Below are positions 1 to 10,429 of a DNA stretch of 64,000 bases, in pieces. Source of the stretch: an uncultured Gemmatimonadales bacterium (GTDB taxonomy: Bacteria > Gemmatimonadota > Gemmatimonadetes > Gemmatimonadales > Gemmatimonadaceae); assembly GCA_963701965.1 (NCBI GenBank), contig OY969695.1:4224001-4288000 (forward strand). Direction: 5' to 3'. Made by a program: the position numbers and the translations under genes. How positions within the stretch are numbered: position 1 is the stretch's first letter; every line of letters begins with the position of its first letter. A model generated the notes under the pieces. It made no database searches. It was not told where the DNA came from and saw only the letters and a list, made by a program, of their open reading frames with translations.

Positions 1-241
1 GTCCCGAAAAGGGCGCGATGGTCGGCGGCGACCAGTGGTCTCCGACGCGGTGCGATTCGAGGATGACGCTCCACCCGGCGCCGGCGCGCGTGAAGTACAT
101 CGCGCGCCCGTCGGGGGTGAACGCCGGCGATCCGGTGCTCGCTATCCCCGACACTACGCCCGGCGCAAAGATGGTCGGTGCGGGCGGCTGAGCCGCGGCG
201 GTCGCGGTAGTGAGGACCAGCACGGCCAAGGTGCATCTCAT
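1..241 (-). CDS. PD40/TolB-like beta-propeller secreted protein (5' part; runs off window)
   Basis: Manual translation from ATG at 241: MRCTLAVLVLTTATAAAQPPAPTIFAPGVVSG...SPAFTPDGRAMYFTR...HWSPPTIAPFSG. Signal peptide plus PD40 motif; paralogous to the upstream gene. Confidence 0.75.
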   Translation of the reverse strand, partial: MRCTLAVLVLTTATAAAQPPAPTIFAPGVVSGIASTGSPAFTPDGRAMYFTRAGAGWSVILESHRVGDHWSPPTIAPFSG

Positions 242-1229
242 GGGACGGTGCATGCTCCCCGCGGGCGAGGGGGTATCGAGTCTTTGAGAACTGGCGCCAG
301 GTCCACCCGCCAGAATGTTGGCGAGGCTGTTGTTCCAACTCTGGAGCTTGTCGACGGCCACCGGCGAGCCCGGCGGACCCGTAACCAGTCGCTCGCTGCC
401 AAAGAACAGCGTATGGCCATCGGGAGCCAGGTGCGCTTCGTACTCGCCCACGGGGCTGTTGATCGTAGTGCCGAGTGACATAGGAGTTCCCCAGGTGCCG
501 TTTCGGCGGAATACGACGAAGAGATCGAGATCGCGCTCCGCCGCGGGAGGACGGTTCGAGGAGAAGACGGCGAACGATTCGTCGGGCGCGACCGAGGCGT
601 CGACGTTGCCCCATTGATCGTCGCTGAATGGGAGGCGCTCCGGTGTCTGGAATGTGCCGTTGGCGAATTGAGCCCGGAAGAGCTGGAACTTGCCCCCTTC
701 CGTGGGAGGCTTCATGAAGTAGATGCTGCCATCAGCGACGACGCTGGGGCTGAACACCGCGCTCGAGCCGTTGATGACATTCCGGGAGCCGAACGGGGGT
801 ACTCCACCCCGAGCCTTTGCGGTCGACCCGCCACAGGTTGCCGCCGCGCGCGGGACGTATCGCCCCACTGTAGTTGCCCGCGACGGCTGTGCCGCCCTCG
901 GTGGCAGGGCGGTTCGATGCGAAGACCAGGTACGATCCGTCCGGGGCCATCGCCGCCTCGAGATCGCGCCAGCGGCCGGAGAAGGGGGCCACGACCGGTG
1001 CACTCCAGCGGCCGTGCTCGAATCGCGACGTCATGATCACGTCGTCGGGTCCGTTGCCGACCGTGTAGTAGACGGTCCGACAGTCCGGGGTGAACGCGGG
1101 TGTGAGGTCGATGGCGCCGCTGGAAATGACACCCGGTGCGAAGATCTCGGGTGTTTGCCCTTGGGCGATTGATCCGGTCGCGGCGAATGCGGCGAATGCG
1201 AGGCTGGCTCCCGTGTAGCGACATGTCAT
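238..1229 (-). CDS. PD40/TolB-like beta-propeller secreted protein, two apparent +1 frameshifts (~780, ~314)
   Basis: PEIFAPGVIS..TPAFTPD, AMAPDGSYLVFASNR; continues in other frames as SPSVVADGSIYF, VAPDESFAVFSSNR, LAPDGHTLFFGSER, NIWRVDL; stop overlaps the next ATG. Confidence 0.75.
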
Positions 1230-1327
1230 GGGGCACGAACCTATGGAGCGGTCTCTGGCATCGACAGCGCGAGACCATGACGATGCAGGCAACGCGCGCA
1301 ATCGTGCAGCGAGTGGCGCTTGTGCGG

Positions 1328-1858
1328 CTAAAGGGGCGCCGCTGGCGCATGGAGCACCCAGTGGAGCGCCGCGAGCGCGGTGAGGTCGAGGAAGAACCCG
1401 AACGAGAAGGGGAACGCGATGACCTCGAGGCCCGCGTGCGGATGGAGTTTGGCCACCCCACGGCTCGCCCAAGGCAATACGGCCAGCGCGATCACGAATG
1501 AGACGCAGAAATGCGCGAGACTGAGACTGCCCGGCGCCCACGAGAGGTCTTCGACGTCAATGCCCTGGCGCGCGACGATGCCGGCCGTCATCGCCGTCCA
1601 GGACAGGAGCTCGAGCGGCAGGGCGCGGAGCCAGACCGCCTTTTTGCGCGCGCCGGTGGGGCGCGGCGCCATACGAAGTCCCAGAGCGAAATACCGGCGA
1701 ACCCCGTCCGAAACGTGCTCGTGGCCACGCATTAGTGGACAGGTCCCATCGATCATCACGTACGTCATCGCCGCGGGGCCCGCCGCCTCCACGGTGATCC
1801 GTGACCCAAGGTCCCCAGAGCGCACGGACCCGTTGCAGAAAAGACAGATCGAATACAC
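1328..1858 (-). CDS. Hypothetical membrane protein (start uncertain)
   Basis: Three hydrophobic segments in the C-terminal half. Confidence 0.45.
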   Translation of the reverse strand: MYSICLFCNGSVRSGDLGSRITVEAAGPAAMTYVMIDGTCPLMRGHEHVSDGVRRYFALGLRMAPRPTGARKKAVWLRALPLELLSWTAMTAGIVARQGIDVEDLSWAPGSLSLAHFCVSFVIALAVLPWASRGVAKLHPHAGLEVIAFPFSFGFFLDLTALAALHWVLHAPAAPL

Positions 1859-2037
1859 GGCTACCGTACCGTTTTAGGGGCGCGACATGAACGCCACGAT
1901 AGGTACGCTCGGGCTCGCTGTCAACGCGACAAAGTGCCGCTATATTGTCGGGGTCGCCAATGTGGAGGGCGGGGGGCTAGGTGGCAACTCGATCACCATA
2001 CGCGCCAGTCGGCGGCCAGGGAGCCTAGTTGCCGTAG

Positions 2038-2616
2038 ATGGACTCCGAGTTCGAGTCACTTTTGCGGTGCGTCGATGGCGCGCAACCAGGTGCGGCGGAC
2101 AGGTTGTTCGCCATCTGCTACGCCGAGCTACACCGCCTCGCCGAGCACAATCTGTGGCGCTCCGGATCGACGGTCACCCTGGGGCCGACCACGCTGCTCC
2201 ACGAGGCGTACCTCAACATCGTCGGCCGCGCCGATGTCGCCTTTGCGGACCGACCCCGTTTTCTCAACTACGCCTCCCGGGCGATGCGTGGCCTGATCAT
2301 CGACTACGCCCGCCGCCGGCGCACGAGGAAGTGCGGACGGCAGTTCGAGATCACGCTGGCGACCGACGAGGAGCTCCCCGCTCATCCCGACCACGGCGCG
2401 GAGGATTTGGTCCGCCTCGGAGAAGCGCTCGACGAGTTGTCCACATTGGAGCCGGCGCTGGCGCAACTCGTCGACCTCCACTTCTTCTGTGGTTTCTCGT
2501 TCACCGAAATCGCCACCATGCGGCACGTCTCGGATCGCACCGTCCAGCGGGATTGGCGGAAGGCGCGACTACTGTTGCACCAGGCCTTGCTCGATGAGGA
2601 AAGCCCCGGGGGCTAG
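2038..2616 (+). CDS. ECF sigma factor, Ser/Thr kinase-associated type (TIGR02999/ECF43-like)
   Basis: YAELHRLA, TLGPTTLLHEAYL, ASRAMRGLIIDYARRR, VSDRTVQRDWRKAR. Confidence 0.9.
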   Translation: MDSEFESLLRCVDGAQPGAADRLFAICYAELHRLAEHNLWRSGSTVTLGPTTLLHEAYLNIVGRADVAFADRPRFLNYASRAMRGLIIDYARRRRTRKCGRQFEITLATDEELPAHPDHGAEDLVRLGEALDELSTLEPALAQLVDLHFFCGFSFTEIATMRHVSDRTVQRDWRKARLLLHQALLDEESPGG

Positions 2617-5216
2617 CGTGCCGTCGCGCCGAGGCGCGCCAGCCGCTCCTCGGCTTGCCGCAGGCGAGGGTGCGCCGCGCCGGCGCCAAACCGGAGCGCC
2701 GCGACGGCATGGGTCAGCGCGGCGCGCGCCGCGAGCGTGTCGCCGACGGCCAGTCGGGTGCGCGCCTCGAGCAGGTCGGCTTCGCCCGCGTATGCGCTGC
2801 GCGAGTCGGTCAGCGAATCCACGGACGCCACGGCTCGCGCGGCGCGTATGAAGCCGAGCGCGTCGGCCGTGTCCGACGGCGGCGTAGTTTCCGCGGCCAG
2901 GATGAGGGCCGAGCGAAAGACGCGCCGTTTCTTGCCATCGAAGTAGCCGTGCGATCTCAGCACGTCGACCACCCGCTCGTGTGCGGTGGCGCTGTCGCCG
3001 GACGCCAAAGCCATCCACGCGTCGAGAAAGCGATCGTCGACCACCTGATCGTCCGTGCTCCTGAGCGCGGGATTGCTGACCAACGGACGGAACCGGGTCA
3101 TCGTCCCGCGCGCCAGATCCCTGGCGCCACCACGGATCTGCGCCTGGGCGAGGCCGAACAGGGCCCGTCCTTGCCAGTATGCGTTGTGGGTCTGAGCCGC
3201 CTGACCCGCCAGGACCGCGAAGTACTTCGCCGCGGAATCGAAGTGCGCATTGAACAAAGCCGTGTGCGCATAATGAATGAGTGCCTGCTCCGGCAGGTGG
3301 CCGGCTGGATCGCTCCGTGTCGTCCGTTCGATCACGTCGTGCAAGAGGCGCTCGGCTTCCGCGGTCTCGCCCAGGCGAACGTACGTGACCGCCATGTCGT
3401 GCTCGATGATGCCGCGCGTCAGCGTTTCGCCACGGCCCGTCGAGTCCATCAGCGCGCCCGCCCGTCGATACAACGCGATCGCGTCGCGCGGGTGCCCATC
3501 GAGATCGAGTGACGTGGCCAAGGTCGACAGAAGCCCCACGAACGTCAGGTCCGTCGTGTCCGCCGACATCTGACGTATCGCGACCGCTCGCCGGGCGGCG
3601 TCGACGGCGCGGTGGGGATCGCCGGCCTCGGCTTCCAGGTCGGAGAGCGACTGCAGGCAGGTTGCTTCAACCGGCGCATCCGGCGCCGCGTGAAGGATCG
3701 CATCGGCCGCGCGCAGCGTCCGCCGCGCCTCGTCGTACCGCCCCACGCCCCGGAGGGCGGACGCCTGATGGCAACGGATCTCGGCCAGATCCGGATAGCC
3801 GCCGGCGACCGCGATCGACTCGGCGCGCGCGAGGAGCGTGTGTTGCGTCGTGTTGTCGCCCAGATCGCCGTACTGCGCGGACAGCTGGACGAGCAGGGCC
3901 GCGACCAGGCGCGAGTCGCCGACGTATTGACCTTCGAGCGCGACGCGGCTCCGATCGAGGATTTCGCGCATCGTGAGCGGCCGGTCGCCCAGCTCGGACA
4001 TGAGGAGCGACTGAAATTCGATGAGCGCGTTGGCGCGCCGGGTCGCGAATATCGCCGCATCGCGCTCGCGCTGTGCGGTATGCATCTGCGCCACCGAAAA
4101 CACCGTCGCCGCCAGGAGCGCGGCGCCGATGCCAGTCGCCAAGGCGACACCGGCGCGGTGGCGGCGAACAAACTTGCCCATCCGGTACGCGATCGAGTCG
4201 GGACGTGCGCCGACCGGTTCGTGGGCCAGATACCGGCGCAGGTCGTCGGCGAAAGCCTCCACCGTCTGATACCGTTCGCTCGGGTCCTGTCGCAGAGCCT
4301 TGAGGAGCACCGTGTCGAGATCGCCAAGGTCGAGCGATGGCGGTGCGGTGTCGCGTGGGGGAAGTCGGCCGGCGAGCAGCGCATGCAGCAGCAGGCCGAG
4401 CGCGTAGACATCCGTTGCCGTGGTAATGGCGTCGCCGTGCAGCTGCTCGGGCGCCGCGAATTGCGGCGTCAAGGGGCCGGATCCCTCGCGCGTGAGGGCC
4501 CCCATATCGCTCGCCGGGTCGGCGTCGATCAGCTTGGCGATGCCGAAGTCCAGCAGTTTCACGACGCCGTCAGGCGTGACCAGGATGTTCGACGGCTTGA
4601 GGTCGCGGTGGACGATGAGGTGCGCGTGCGCGTGTCCGACCGCGTCGAGGACCTGGAGCAGGAGGCCAATGCGGCCGTCCGACGACACCGCGTGAGTCGT
4701 GGCGAACGTGTCGATGCGTTCGCCGTCAATGTGCTCCAGGACGAGATACGGCTGCCCGCTCGGACTGACGCCGGCATCGAGGAGCCGCGCGATACCCGGG
4801 TGCGCCAGGCGGGCGAGCAGTGAGCCTTCGCGCCGGAACCGCGCTTGCCCGGCGGCACTGGACAGGGCCACGTTCAGGAGCTTGACGGCCGCGAATCCCT
4901 CGAATTGGCCGTCGGTGCGCCGCGCGAGCCAGACGGACCCCATCCCGCCTTGGCCGAGGAGTCGTTCGAGGGTGTAGGGTCCGAGTTGGACGCCGGCGAA
5001 TGATCCGTCCAGCGTCGGTGTGAACGGCTCGGCCAGAAACCCGCGTCGGTCGGCCGCCTCCTCACCGGACAGGAGCGACGTCAGCTCCTCCGCGACGGCC
5101 GGGGTGCGCTGGCGCAGGTCAGCGAGCCATGAGGCGCGCTCGTCGGGTGTCAGCTCCAGCGCGCGGTCCAGCAGCGGTTCGAGTACGCGCCACCGGTCGC
5201 GATCCATGATGGCCAT
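2613..5216 (-). CDS. Membrane Ser/Thr protein kinase with C-terminal TPR-like repeats
   Basis: GQGGMG, AVKLL, HRDLKPSN, DFG, APE motifs; TM segment; helical repeats. Confidence 0.92.
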   Translation of the reverse strand: MAIMDRDRWRVLEPLLDRALELTPDERASWLADLRQRTPAVAEELTSLLSGEEAADRRGFLAEPFTPTLDGSFAGVQLGPYTLERLLGQGGMGSVWLARRTDGQFEGFAAVKLLNVALSSAAGQARFRREGSLLARLAHPGIARLLDAGVSPSGQPYLVLEHIDGERIDTFATTHAVSSDGRIGLLLQVLDAVGHAHAHLIVHRDLKPSNILVTPDGVVKLLDFGIAKLIDADPASDMGALTREGSGPLTPQFAAPEQLHGDAITTATDVYALGLLLHALLAGRLPPRDTAPPSLDLGDLDTVLLKALRQDPSERYQTVEAFADDLRRYLAHEPVGARPDSIAYRMGKFVRRHRAGVALATGIGAALLAATVFSVAQMHTAQRERDAAIFATRRANALIEFQSLLMSELGDRPLTMREILDRSRVALEGQYVGDSRLVAALLVQLSAQYGDLGDNTTQHTLLARAESIAVAGGYPDLAEIRCHQASALRGVGRYDEARRTLRAADAILHAAPDAPVEATCLQSLSDLEAEAGDPHRAVDAARRAVAIRQMSADTTDLTFVGLLSTLATSLDLDGHPRDAIALYRRAGALMDSTGRGETLTRGIIEHDMAVTYVRLGETAEAERLLHDVIERTTRSDPAGHLPEQALIHYAHTALFNAHFDSAAKYFAVLAGQAAQTHNAYWQGRALFGLAQAQIRGGARDLARGTMTRFRPLVSNPALRSTDDQVVDDRFLDAWMALASGDSATAHERVVDVLRSHGYFDGKKRRVFRSALILAAETTPPSDTADALGFIRAARAVASVDSLTDSRSAYAGEADLLEARTRLAVGDTLAARAALTHAVAALRFGAGAAHPRLRQAEERLARLGATAR

Positions 5217-5359
5217 GGACGGATCTCCCAAAGGACCGTACACGATACTCGGCCGGTCGGCGCGGTGCCAGCCGATCGGCCCACATAACGCGTGTCGGGT
5301 TTGCCCGCTGGATTTCGATCTCCTATGCGAGGGCCATTCCCGGCATAAGGAGCGCACGC

Positions 5360-6763
5360 GTGAGGACGATCTCGTTCGGCTCGGTCCGTCGACCCTGGAG
5401 TGCTTCCGCGGTCGTCGCAGTCCTGTGGGCGGTCGTTGGGGCCTGCACTGACGGCACGGCGCCGCCGTCCAGCGTCGCCCGTTCGAGCGATGTCGCTGGG
5501 GGGGCCGTCCACCGCTCGACGCTCGCGCAAACGGTGCGCGCGTTGGCCGCGGGACGTGGCGTGGTGCCGCTCCCTCCGGCGCCGCGGGTCCGACCCGCGT
5601 TGTCGGTTCTGGGGCAGGCGTTGGCGTTCGACAAGGTCTTGAGCGGCAACCGCAACATCGCCTGTATGACGTGTCATTTGCCGGCCTTCGAGACTGGTGA
5701 CGGGCGGAGCCTGCCCATTGGCACGGGAGGACGAAATCTCGGTCCGGCGCGTGTGCTCGCGAGCGGCTTGATCATTCCACGGAATGCGCCGCCTCTCTTC
5801 AACCTGCACGCGCTACCAGCGTTGTTCTGGGACGGCAGGGTCTCACGGGACGCCGCGGGGCAATACCACACGCCCGCGGGTGCTCAGCTCACCCCCGACA
5901 TGACCCGGGTGTTCGAGTTCGGCGCGGTATCGGCGCAAGGGCTCTTCCCGGTGGTGAATCGGCTCGAGATGCGCGGCATGAAGGGAAATGAGCTGGCGGC
6001 GATCCCGGACAGCAACAACCCCGCCATCTGGCGCGCGGCCATGCGGCGGCTCATGCAGAATCCCCGCTATCGCGAGATGTTCCGCGACGCCTATCCGGGG
6101 ACGCGCGTCGAGAGCATGAACTTCGCCTATGCGACCAATGCCATCGCGGGCTTCTTCATCGACAGGCTGACGATGAACCGCACGCCGTGGGATCGCTTCC
6201 TCGCCGGTGACGACAATGCGCTGTCGACCGATCAACTCCTGGGCGCGCAGAATTTCATGACGCTCAAGTGCTCCATTTGCCACAACGGCGCGACATTCAG
6301 CGACGGCCAGTTTCACGACGTGGCGCTCGCGCAATTCGGGCCGGGCGAGGGGGTAGCACCGAATCCGCTGGATGACTTCGGCCGGTTCAACGTCACGGGC
6401 GATCCGGGGGACAAGTACCGGTTCCGCACGACGCCGCTGCGGAATGTCGAGCTCACGGGGCCATATGGTCACGCGGGGCAGTTCAAGAAACTGAAGGACT
6501 TCATTGGGCACTACAGCCAGTCGGACGTTCAGCTCCGCAACTACGATCCAACGCAGATCGACCGGATCCTGTTCGGCACGCTCCTGAACAACACCAATGC
6601 GGTGCTGGCGCAACGCGATACGCTCCTCAACGGCGTCGTCATTCCGGACAGCACGGTGGCCCGTCTCACGACGTACATGAATGCTCTGACCGATGCGCGC
6701 GCGCGCGATCTCCGGTCGCTCGCCCCCGCGCGCGTCCCGAGCGGGCTGCCGGTGGATCGATGA
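5360..6763 (+). CDS. Di-heme cytochrome c peroxidase/MauG family lipoprotein
   Basis: Two CxxCH motifs (CMTCH, CSICH), RNAPPL, FWDGR, FRTTPLRNVELTGPYGHAG; lipobox VVGAC. Confidence 0.9.
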   Translation: MRTISFGSVRRPWSASAVVAVLWAVVGACTDGTAPPSSVARSSDVAGGAVHRSTLAQTVRALAAGRGVVPLPPAPRVRPALSVLGQALAFDKVLSGNRNIACMTCHLPAFETGDGRSLPIGTGGRNLGPARVLASGLIIPRNAPPLFNLHALPALFWDGRVSRDAAGQYHTPAGAQLTPDMTRVFEFGAVSAQGLFPVVNRLEMRGMKGNELAAIPDSNNPAIWRAAMRRLMQNPRYREMFRDAYPGTRVESMNFAYATNAIAGFFIDRLTMNRTPWDRFLAGDDNALSTDQLLGAQNFMTLKCSICHNGATFSDGQFHDVALAQFGPGEGVAPNPLDDFGRFNVTGDPGDKYRFRTTPLRNVELTGPYGHAGQFKKLKDFIGHYSQSDVQLRNYDPTQIDRILFGTLLNNTNAVLAQRDTLLNGVVIPDSTVARLTTYMNALTDARARDLRSLAPARVPSGLPVDR

Positions 6764-6772
6764 GCGCGCCCG

Positions 6773-7300
6773 CTACGCCACGCCCCTCGCGATCACGAAC
6801 GCGCCCAGCCCCAGGAGCATCATGCCAGCTACCCGGGCCACGAGCGCCGGGCGGGGCGCCAGCCGCTCCATCGTGATCGCTAGCGTCACGCCGGCCATGG
6901 CGGTGACGTTCATCAGGCCCGCGACGAGTAGCACCGCCATGTAACCGGCGCAGCACAGCGCGCACTGCACACCGGCGCGCAGACCATAGGCGAGCGGCCC
7001 ACCCGCCGGCGCGACCCGGCAACGCGCGAGCTGCCGCGTCTTCCAGGCAGTGAGCTGCAGGCCGCCGGCGAGCGCGAAGACGATACCCACGGCCACCGGC
7101 GACAGCCGCGCCGCCCAGGACAATGCGTCGCTCAGTCCAGCGACGATCCCCCATGCCGTCCAGACGCCGAGGTATCCCGCGGCCACGAGCGCCCAACCGC
7201 GGCGGCGATCCCGCCGGTACCGCGCCAGGAGCGCCACGAGCGCCGGGGCCATCATCGCCGGCATCATCGCCACGGACATCGTCACGCCCATCGCGGCCAT
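6773..7300 (-). CDS. DUF2182-like metal-binding integral membrane protein
   Basis: MSVAMMPAM, GYLGVW, LQLTAWK..LARC, CALCC..YM, MNVTAM. Confidence 0.8.
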   Translation of the reverse strand: MAAMGVTMSVAMMPAMMAPALVALLARYRRDRRRGWALVAAGYLGVWTAWGIVAGLSDALSWAARLSPVAVGIVFALAGGLQLTAWKTRQLARCRVAPAGGPLAYGLRAGVQCALCCAGYMAVLLVAGLMNVTAMAGVTLAITMERLAPRPALVARVAGMMLLGLGAFVIARGVA

Positions 7301-7333
7301 CCCCCTGGCATATTCACTCCGACGCGATTATTG

Positions 7334-7351
7334 TTCTACCAACAGGTTGAA
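7334..7351. promoter_or_regulatory. Probable ArsR operator palindrome TTCTACC-N4-GGTTGAA
   Basis: Imperfect inverted repeat between the divergent DUF2182 and ArsR genes. Confidence 0.55.
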
Positions 7352-7361
7352 TATATTCCCA

Positions 7362-7697
7362 ATGGGCGGTCCACAGCAACTCGACGATGTCTACGGCGCG
7401 ATCGCCGATCCCACGCGTCGCGCGATCCTGTCCGCGCTCACGGGCGGCGACCTCAAGGTCGGCAGCTTGGCCGCGCGGTTCCCGATCTCGTTCAATGGCG
7501 TGTCCAAGCACGTGAAGGTCCTGGAGCGCGCCGGCCTCGTTGAGCGCCGGGTTCAGGGCCGCGAACACTGGCTGCGCATTCGGCCGGCGCCGCTGCGCGA
7601 GGCCGCGCAGTGGCTCGACCACTACCGGGCGTTCTGGGACACGCGACTGGACGCGTTGGAGACGATGCTCGTCGCCAACAAGCGCGGGCGCAAATGA
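7362..7697 (+). CDS. ArsR/SmtB family transcriptional regulator
   Basis: AIADPTRRAIL, VSKHVKVLERAGLV, GREH. Confidence 0.9.
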   Translation: MGGPQQLDDVYGAIADPTRRAILSALTGGDLKVGSLAARFPISFNGVSKHVKVLERAGLVERRVQGREHWLRIRPAPLREAAQWLDHYRAFWDTRLDALETMLVANKRGRK

Positions 7698-8140
7698 CCG
7701 GCGCCGGTGCCACTGCCGACGCGGTCGTCGTGCGGCGCGTGCTGCCCGCCTGCCGCGAGCGGGTGTTCGCCGCCTGGCTCGATCCGGCCAGCTTGGCGCG
7801 ATGGATGCGGCCGGGCAACATGACGGACTCCATCGTCGAAGTCGATCCGCGCGTCGGCGGCACGTTTCGCATCACGATGATGCGCGGGTCCGACGGTGTC
7901 GAGCACCGGGGCGAGTACCTGGCGATCGATCCGCCGTCCCGGTTGTCGTTCACCTGGATCTCCACGAATACCGACCACACGCCCTCGGTCGTGACCATCG
8001 AACTGCATGCGCGGGGAGACGAGACGGAGCTCGTGCTCACGCACCGGCGTCTGCCGGCCGCCCGGATGGAATCCCATCGAAAGGGCTGGACCGATATTCT
8101 GCAGCTGCTCGACGGCGTCCTGGGCGCGGCGTCAGTGTGA
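7694..8140 (+). CDS. SRPBCC/AHSA1-like domain protein
   Basis: RERVFAAWLDP..LARW, DPRVGGTFRI, RLSFTW, HRKGW. Confidence 0.88.
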   Translation: MTGAGATADAVVVRRVLPACRERVFAAWLDPASLARWMRPGNMTDSIVEVDPRVGGTFRITMMRGSDGVEHRGEYLAIDPPSRLSFTWISTNTDHTPSVVTIELHARGDETELVLTHRRLPAARMESHRKGWTDILQLLDGVLGAASV

Positions 8141-8950
8141 ACGCGCGACCGCATCACGAGCGTGTGGCGATCGTAACCGGCGGTGGCCGGGGGATTGGCC
8201 GATCCATCGTGCTCGGTCTGGCGCGAGCCGGCGTTCACGTCCTCGCGACCGCGGCGCGCGAGCGCGGCGAGATCGAGGCCGTCGCCCGGGAAGCGGAAGA
8301 GGGCGATGCCAGGGCGAGCGTGATACCCCATCTGGCCGATGTGACGCAGGCGAGCGACTGCGAGCGCCTCGTTGACGCGGCCATCCAGCGTTTTGGCCGC
8401 CTGGACATTCTCGTGAACAATGCCGCCCGCGGCATGAAGTATGTGAACGAGGCGTTCATGACCGAGCCCACCCGTTTCTGGGAGATCTCCCCGGAGACGT
8501 GGCGGCTGCTCGTGGACACGAACGTCAACGGCACGTTTCTGATGGCCCGCGCGGCCGTGCCCGCGATGAGAGGAGTGGGCTGGGGACGCATCATCAACAT
8601 CTCCGTGAGCCGCGACACCATGCGCCGGCGCGGATTCTCGCCATACGGCCCGTCGAAGGCGGCGCTGGAATCGGCGACGGTCATTCTGGTCGCAGGACCT
8701 GGCCGGCACCGGTGTGACTGTCAACAGCCTGTTGCCCGGCGGGGCCACCCGCACCGGCATGCTGCCGAACGTGGTCTCCGACGAACTCCAGTCGAAATTG
8801 TTGGATCCCGACATCATGGTTCCGCCACTCATCTGGCTGATTTCGACTGACGCCGATGATGTCACGGGCAAGCGCTTCGTCGCGACGAAATGGCGCTCCG
8901 ACCTCCCGGGCAGGGAAGCCGCCGAAGCCGCGGCCGAACCCGCCGGCTGA
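8137..8950 (+). CDS. SDR oxidoreductase with one +1 frameshift at ~8685
   Basis: TGGGRGIG, NNA, YGPSK; removing one T gives VIWSQDLAGTGVTVNSLLPG. Confidence 0.85.
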
Positions 8951-8961
8951 GGGTAGGCAGC

Positions 8962-8990
8962 AAAACGGCGCGCCGTGCGAGGCGCGCCGT
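8962..8990 (-). terminator. Intrinsic terminator hairpin
   Basis: ACGGCGCGCC-6-GGCGCGCCGT followed by TTT on the minus strand, between convergent genes. Confidence 0.6.
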
Positions 8991-9027
8991 CCATACCACG
9001 ACCAGCGAGCGACCGACGCGATGGGCG

Positions 9028-10251
9028 TCAGCGCAATGACTTGAACGCCGAGCGGAGATCGGTGACGAGGAGTTGCGGCTGCTCCCAAGCCGCGAAGTGG
9101 CCACCCCGGTCGACCTTGTTGTAGAAGATGAGTTTAGGGTACGCGCGTTCCGTCCAACTGCGCGGGGCCTCATAGAGCTCATCTGGAAACGCGGTGACGG
9201 CGACCGGGATAGGGACATGCTTCGGCGCAAAGAACGCGAGCTTGCTCTCCCAGTAGAGACGCGCCGACGAGATCGTCGTGTTCGTCAGCCAGTAGAGCGT
9301 GGCGTTGTCGAGGATGTCGTCCCGGGTGAGCCCCTCCGGCTTCCCGTCGAAGACGCGCGCCATGAGCGCGTAACTGACCGCGTCGTGGTCGATCATCCAC
9401 GCGGCCATCCCGACCGGCGAATCCCCGATCCCGTAGATAGTCTGCGGACGGTTCGCCATCTCCGTGGCGTAGCCCAGTCCGTGCGTGTAGAAAGCGTTGA
9501 TCTGATCGTACGCATGCTTCTCGTCGGCCGACAAGTTGGCGGGCGGCGGACCTCCGGACGCCAGCGCCTTGGCCACGTCGTCGGGCACGGTCGCCGGCAT
9601 GTTGGTATGAATGGCGATCAACTCCGGCGCCCCAAGCAGCGCCATCTGCTCCGTGACCGCGTTCCCCCAGTCGCCGCCTTGCGCCACGAATCGGGTGTAT
9701 CCCAGGCGCTTCATTAATACGACCCACGCCCGGGCGATGCGGATGGGATCCCAACCCGTCGTGGTCGGTTTTCCCGAAAACCCGTAGCCCGGAAGGGAAG
9801 GAATGACGACATCGAACGCGTCCGCCGCATTCCCGCCGTGCGCCGTGGGATGCGTCAGCGGATCAATGATCTTGAGCTGCTCGATGATCGACCCGGGCCA
9901 CCCGTGCGTGACGATCATCGGCAACGCGTTCTTTTCCTTCGAGCGTACATGAATGAAATGAATGTCGACGCCGTCGATGGTCGTGACGAATTGCGGCAAG
10001 GCATTGAGCCGCGCTTCGACCTTGCGCCAGTCGTACTGCGTGGCCCAATACTGCGCCAGCTTTTGTATCGTCGCGAGCTGGACGCCTTGCGATCCATCGG
10101 CCACAATCTCCCGATCCGGCCAGCGGGTCGCCGCGATGCGGCGCTTCATGTCGGCGAGCGTCTCGTCCGGAAAATGGACGTGAAATGGGCGGATCGCTTC
10201 CGGGCCCGTGTCCGACTTCGTGGACTGGGTTTCCATTTGTGTCTGCGGCAT
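9028..10251 (-). CDS. Epoxide hydrolase (EHN N-terminal domain, alpha/beta hydrolase)
   Basis: IRPFHV, HGWPGS, QGGDWG, GGHFAAWEQP. Confidence 0.92.
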   Translation of the reverse strand: MPQTQMETQSTKSDTGPEAIRPFHVHFPDETLADMKRRIAATRWPDREIVADGSQGVQLATIQKLAQYWATQYDWRKVEARLNALPQFVTTIDGVDIHFIHVRSKEKNALPMIVTHGWPGSIIEQLKIIDPLTHPTAHGGNAADAFDVVIPSLPGYGFSGKPTTTGWDPIRIARAWVVLMKRLGYTRFVAQGGDWGNAVTEQMALLGAPELIAIHTNMPATVPDDVAKALASGGPPPANLSADEKHAYDQINAFYTHGLGYATEMANRPQTIYGIGDSPVGMAAWMIDHDAVSYALMARVFDGKPEGLTRDDILDNATLYWLTNTTISSARLYWESKLAFFAPKHVPIPVAVTAFPDELYEAPRSWTERAYPKLIFYNKVDRGGHFAAWEQPQLLVTDLRSAFKSLR

Positions 10252-10429
10252 GGCGATCGTTTCCCCTATTCTCGAGTCGCCACGAGGTTATGCCAATACT
10301 CGCACCGTTGCCATGATCCCTTCGTACCATTGTGACCGGGCCCAGCCGGCGCGCTCAACAGTGTGGTTGGCACGCAGGTTGATCTAGGAGGCGCAATTTA
10401 TCCGACACCCAGGTCGAAGGAGAGACACC

